From contig JBDRKX010000047.1 of NCBI GenBank assembly GCA_043813605.1, positions 32,001-96,000 on the forward strand: DNA of 64,000 bases, given 5' to 3'. Both the position numbers and the translations under genes were made by a program. The first letter of the stretch is position 1, and each line of letters starts with the position of its first letter. The notes below the pieces were generated by a model. That model searched no databases and was not told the origin of the DNA. It saw only the letters and a program-made list of their open reading frames with translations. The stretch comes from Elusimicrobiota bacterium (GTDB lineage: Bacteria; CG03; SLGR01; JBDRKX01). This document shows positions 57,101 to 63,100 of the stretch, one piece after another.

Positions 57101-60100
57101 AGTTGTATTACCTCTTCTTTTAAACGTCCTTTAAAAGGATAATGCGTGGTAAATCTTGAAGTGAAATCATGAATTCTGCCTGCAAGTTCAGTATCCCATT
57201 TTATCTCTTTCTTCAAGGCGATCTTATTGGCAGCAAACTCTATTGCTTCATGGGACAATACCAGGGCAAGTGATGCCGACGGAAGGTCTTCGAATATTTT
57301 CCTGCTGATATAAATTGTATTGCGTTCTATATCGGCAGTCGCTACAAACCCGGGTGGCGCCCTTTCGTTATCAGTATTTACAAGTACCAGGTTGGGAATG
57401 TTTATTGCACTCTGTACTTTTATCATCCCGAATTTAACAGGAAGTTTCAGCATACCCGATATTATCAGTTTCTTTGCCTCCTGCGATCTTTTTTCGTATT
57501 CTTCTTTTCCCTTATCCCAGTACCCGGCTTCCTGTTTTGCAACTTTGCCTTTTCCATGCTGGATTATAAACCCTTCACCGTTTTTTCGCGCCCACTCTAT
57601 AAACGCCCTGTCCTGTTTAGCCTCATAGGGACTTACCCTTTTTGTCGCAGAAACTCCCGCTTCTACAACTGACTGCTTTTCATATTCTTCGGCCATATCC
57701 TTTAATTCCTGTTCTATCCTGTCGAGGGCTTTGTAATTGAGTGCCGGAAAATAATTAAGGAAAGACTCGATCTTTAACAATACCCTTCTTTTATCTGCAA
57801 AAGAAAGATCTTTTTCGTGCACAGCCTTTATCAGATCCCAGTTACTTTTTTCCAGGCCCATAAATACTTCCACGTCTTTTACACTTTTCAGTATGTTCTC
57901 GTAATAAAAATACTCAGTAAACCACAATCTGACCGCATAACCTCTTATCCCCGCCTCGCTGATAAGATATATGTCAGCCTGCTGTTCCTCCCAGAAACTT
58001 TCTTCCATCATGCCCAATAAACCCATACCGGCCATCTTCTCCGATATCTCCCAGTAACTCATACCAACATGGTGTCCCTTTTCATGGATCAATAAATCCC
58101 TGATTATCTCTTCAGCAAATTCCGGCGACATCTCTGAAATTGCAGCTACCTTTTCAACGAACTCATCCCCTATCGTCAGAGTAAAGTCTTTACTTATCGT
58201 TAAAGGATACTTTATCTTCTCTAGTTCCATGCTCTGGAAACCAATATCATTTGCAGTCTTTTTGACTTTTTTCAAGGTTTCAAGATAGACATCGCTTTTT
58301 CTTGAAAGATCCAACTCTTTTGATACCCGTATCTCTTTGAATTCGATAAGTTCCCTGATATTGAAAGCTTTATTGAATGCTGAAGCCATAATAACACCTT
58401 GTTCAGCCTCCTGCCCGTTAAAATTATTTTCTATTGATACCCTGTCAAGATAATCAGTATCTATGGCATCATACGAGCCGAAAACAAAATAGACATTTTT
58501 AAGACGGTTCCTGTTGGCCTCTTTCAGTACCCACTTGATCTCGTTTGTGGTAACGCTCTCATGTGTATCGATATTCTCGTCCGCTACGAAGAATACTACC
58601 GGTTCACCTGTTCTTGTAAGTTCATCTACAAAATCCTCCGAAACATGAGACGATAGTTTCAGATCATGCTCGGCTCTCATAAAATCCTTTAATCCGAATA
58701 TGGTCGACAGTGCCCAGTATATTCCGTGTTTTTCTCTCATTCCCAGTGCATATCCGAAAGTACTGCTCGGCGACAGTTCTTCAGTTTTTTCACTGGTCCT
58801 TGAACTTTCATAGATATCCCTGTCCACTTCTCCGGTTACACGCATACCTTCTATTTCACCGCGCGATACTGCAGTGAAAAAGTCTGCTATGGTATATACT
58901 CCTGCAGAACTTTTTTTCAGTTTAGATAGGCTTATGTAACGAGAAACCCCGGCTTTTTTCATTTCTTTCTCAAGGTTAGTCTCTTTTATTGAATCAGCTA
59001 TAAGGTGGGAATCTGGTTTATCATATTCAATTTCAGGAGTGGGTTCAGCTGCGGCTTCCGGCTCTGCAGGCAGAGGGGTAGAAGCCAGCCCTTTTATTAC
59101 CGCCGGTAGTTCGGGAAATTTTACTCTTTCGGCATATTTCGGGTCTTTCTGATCGGCGATCCTGTAGCGCCAGTTGTACCTGACGAGCTCGGCGCCTGTG
59201 AGATTGGGGTTATTTATCCGGTAATGGTCCCCCACTTCTTCGCCCACGGTAAGATATATCATTGATGTCTTCATGCCGAAAAGCTTTTTGAGCCAGGCAG
59301 TGTAATTCTCGATATTCCAGCCGTTATACATGTGTTCGTCGCCTATTCTCGGTGAATCATGCGAAGTAAGACTCGCCATCACACGCCCGCCGGCCTCCGG
59401 CCACCATTTCACTTCCGCCATCTGATGCAGGCCCAGTTCTTTTATCTTGTTTCCGACCTCGAAAGGCGCGCCGAGCTGTTCCACTATGGGCAGCTTGTCC
59501 CTCACAGAATATATCTTCTTTATCTCTTTCAGCAGCCGGTCCCCGGCAAGATATTCATCGCCGCTCATCAGTTCCTCTTTTCCAACCCATCCGTAAGCCA
59601 TGTGACCAGCGTCTATCCTGCCGCCATCAAAACCCAGTACATCCAGCTTGAACTCGTGCTGTTTCAGTATGAGGTCGAAAGGCCGTTCCGAGGATGCGAG
59701 CCCGGTATAACTGTATTGCGCAAGCGAACCCCATGAGTGCGGAGCACCAAAAGCTATGACGCCTGGACTCTTATCAAGACTCTGGAAATATCCGCTATTA
59801 TCTCTTGCGCTCGCCCAGACTTCTGCACTGTCCTTCCCCATGAAATACGGGGCATCATAGAAAACCCGGCCGCCCGCATGATGTATATCCCTGACGGCTT
59901 CGTCCCATTGTCCGAAGGCGACGTACTGCATAAATCTGTAGAATCCAATCATATCCGAGTAAACGGAATACACACTCTCAAAATTCTTACCGAACTTACT
60001 GCTCATTTCGGATATGAGATTCCCGAGTTCCGCCTCGAGTTCGAGTGTATCACCATGCCCCGAAGATATCATATTTTCTATACGGTACCGGGTGAGGACC

Positions 60101-63100
60101 GCGTTTACTATCTCACTGTTCCAAGTCCACCACGAATCTTTGAAAGTATTCGTAAAGGCCATAAAACTGGCGTAATCATCGAGCCACCAGGAGTGTTCCT
60201 GTGCAAAATCATCGATTTTTCTCCTGAGCTTCATATGCGCGGGCTTTTCGCTCTGGTTCAATATTGAATACAGTTTTCTGGCATATACTGTTTCCGCCAG
60301 TTCCAGTTTTTCGTAATCAACAAAATCATTATTGTATTCAGGGAGGGAACTGAAATCATTTTCAAAATTATCAGAAGCCACCTTGTTCCAGTTGATGAAG
60401 AGTTCATTCAGCGCGTAACTGCTTGCAGCGCTGTACGGGCTGTGCGCCGCGTCCCGTGTGGGATTGACAGGCAGAAGCTGCAGTGTGTTGATGCCGATTT
60501 TTTCCCTGTATTCCCTGAAGGTATCTGCAAGGTCGGTGAATTTACCTATCCCGAAATCTCTCCCCGCTTTCTGTCTGAGAGAGAAAACAGGCACTTGGAG
60601 AGCGAATATCCTCCTTATTTTAGAAACAGGAGGATCGACATAGAGCCTGATGTTTCCCGCAGGGCCGGCCACATAGGTCCACGTAACCCCCTTATCAACC
60701 GAGAACCGCACCGTATATTCGTAATCGCCGGCGAGCCTGGGCTTGAGTATCCCCTTGAACCTGTATCCCTCACCATCCGAGCGGTCGTACCTCATGTTTA
60801 TCGCGCGCCATCTCTTCTTCGCGGGAGCATTCTCCCTGTCGAGGTTTGTCCATATCTCCGCCCTGATATCCGCAGGATCTATATCACCGCTGACAACAAC
60901 AGCAGCGTAAACATTCATCTTTTTTAGGGCATTGGTATATATTTTGCTACCGAGGTCTGGCTCAGCCCAGCCGGCGTTCACTATCTCAGCAGGCGGCGCG
61001 CGCGCCGGCGGTAAAACCTTGAACGGGTCTGAAGATTCAACTCCCATCTCCGATGCGAGCTTCCTTACTTCGGCATAAGCCCTGAGTATCTCGCTCACTC
61101 CCCACGCCTGTGCGTCGCACCCGCGCGGAGTATGCGGCGCATCACCGTCCATTATCTCGGATATGCTGCCAACGCCCGCTTCCCTCAGCTGCTTCTTAAC
61201 AGGTTCAAGGTACCCCAGCGCTCTGCTCACAGCCTGCGCGGAATTATTGTTCGCTTTCAGGTAGGCCAGGATAAACTGGCCGTAGGGCCAGGTCCACGCG
61301 GTACCGTTATGATAAGCGGGTTTACGCTGTGTATCCTCATCTCCCTCGTACCGTCCGCTGTAGGGATCGAACGGGTCTTTGAGGTGCGCTATCCCGCGCA
61401 GCGGCACATTGATCTTTTCGTCGGCGAGGCTCCTGAGGGCGCCGGGTATCACAAGTTTTGAAGCAACGGTATCCATCACCTTCCTGGCCTTGCCGGCACT
61501 AAGCATACCGTAGAGCACCGCCGTTACCTGGTTGGAGCGTATTGAACCATCCGGTATCCCGTCGTAGGCGCCCTGACCGGGCCTCGCGAGGATGCAGTCA
61601 TTGAGGTAGCCTCTCCTGTTCCAGAAAAGCTCGTTGAAACTCTTTTCTATCTTACCTGCCAGAGATGGATCGGCGATACCGAGGGAGGACAGGTATTCCA
61701 CAGCATTATGCCAGAGAGCCTGTATCTCCACGGGATACCCTTCCCTGGGCGTTCCTGCTGGAAAGTTCGTGTCCATCCATGTGAAGTGCGACGGTGAGAA
61801 TACAAGGCCGGATTCGGTATCCATAACGATTCCGTTCGGAGTTCCTATCCTGTAATTCGTGTATATTGATTTCAATATGTCCCTGAGCGTCCTGCCCTCG
61901 ACTACCTCCAAATCCACTATACTCTTGTCCCCCGTAGTCTCTATATACTGCTTTACTGCCTCTATGAACCACAGCGGCGCATCAGAAGTGTCCCTGTCGG
62001 AGGCGTCTTTACCCCTGATTATATTCGGGAGCGTCCCCTTGTCTTCGAATATGGCGAACTGGATGAGTATATCCCTGACCTCTTCAGTCCTGCCGGCGCT
62101 CAGCATCCCGAGCGCGACTATCAATGTGTCGCGGCCCCAGTCGAGGAACCACGGGTAACCGGCTATTACTGTCTTGTGACTATCCCTGTCAACAATGAAC
62201 TTATCTAACGAAAGCGCCATTATCCGGGCGAAAGGATCTTCCTGTAACCTTTCAGGCAATTTTTTTATTACCTTCTTCTGTTCTTCCAGCTCTTTGTTGA
62301 ACAAGCCCTCTATATTCTCATCTTCGTATAAATATTCCCTGCCTTTCGGTTCCTCAGTAGAAGCAACCCAGCTTACAGTTTCCCCTTCAGTCAGAATCAT
62401 TTCAAAATATCCGGGACTCAAAGCATCAGACTTTGTTTCCATTCCCCTAACTCCTTCTATCGAGTGTTCAATATTATAATGCCACTGAGGATCCTTATGA
62501 TATTTCCCGCGACCGGAGATAATAGTTATCCCTTTGAATGGATACCAGTCACCCGTATTAAACCACAACCCATCCAATCCTTTTTTTAATAAATCCCCCT
62601 CTATCCTGCCTGTCTTATCAAACCACAGTCCGTCTTTTCCTTTGGTTACATTATGAAAATCTCTCCATTCCAAATGATGCCGGACATTTAATTTAACACT
62701 GCCTTCACATTTCAGTAAATGGTACCGCGCAATTACTGTGTTCTCTCCCTTTACAAGCTGAAGAGTTTTTTCGATAAGAATTCCTTCTACTTCATACTTC
62801 CATGTCGGAAGCGGATATGCTTCAAAACTAACCATGTTTTCAGCATCAAGCGGATAAGACACCCCATTGATAACAACATTTTCATAAGACCCTTTCACCA
62901 GAACCTTTCTGTCCTCTGGAACATCTGGATTTATATTGGCTGCTAAAAGAGCATCATACTTGGAATAGTATTTACCGGGTTGTATAGCCGTTCTTAGCAT
63001 TGCACCTTTTCCATTTGCAAGTGTTATTGTTCTTTCCGCTCCGAACTCTCCTTTTGATAATACAAGGTCTTTTTCACTTATTTTCTGTTTATCAATTCTT

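Noticed and set aside
10020..61972. Eight short minus-strand ORFs in the track
   Set aside because: All are in the two alternative frames and overlap well-supported domains of the giant ORF.
62555..62640. Short DGLWF duplication in the debranching N-domain
   Set aside because: Only five residues in two copies; a local micro-duplication or chance, not an array.
14310..63050. Reading the region as an operon of separate genes (nagB, malQ, ndvB, ppsA, ansA, ptpA)
   Set aside because: No stop codons or intergenic spacers separate them and all lie in one frame, so gene symbols were withheld.
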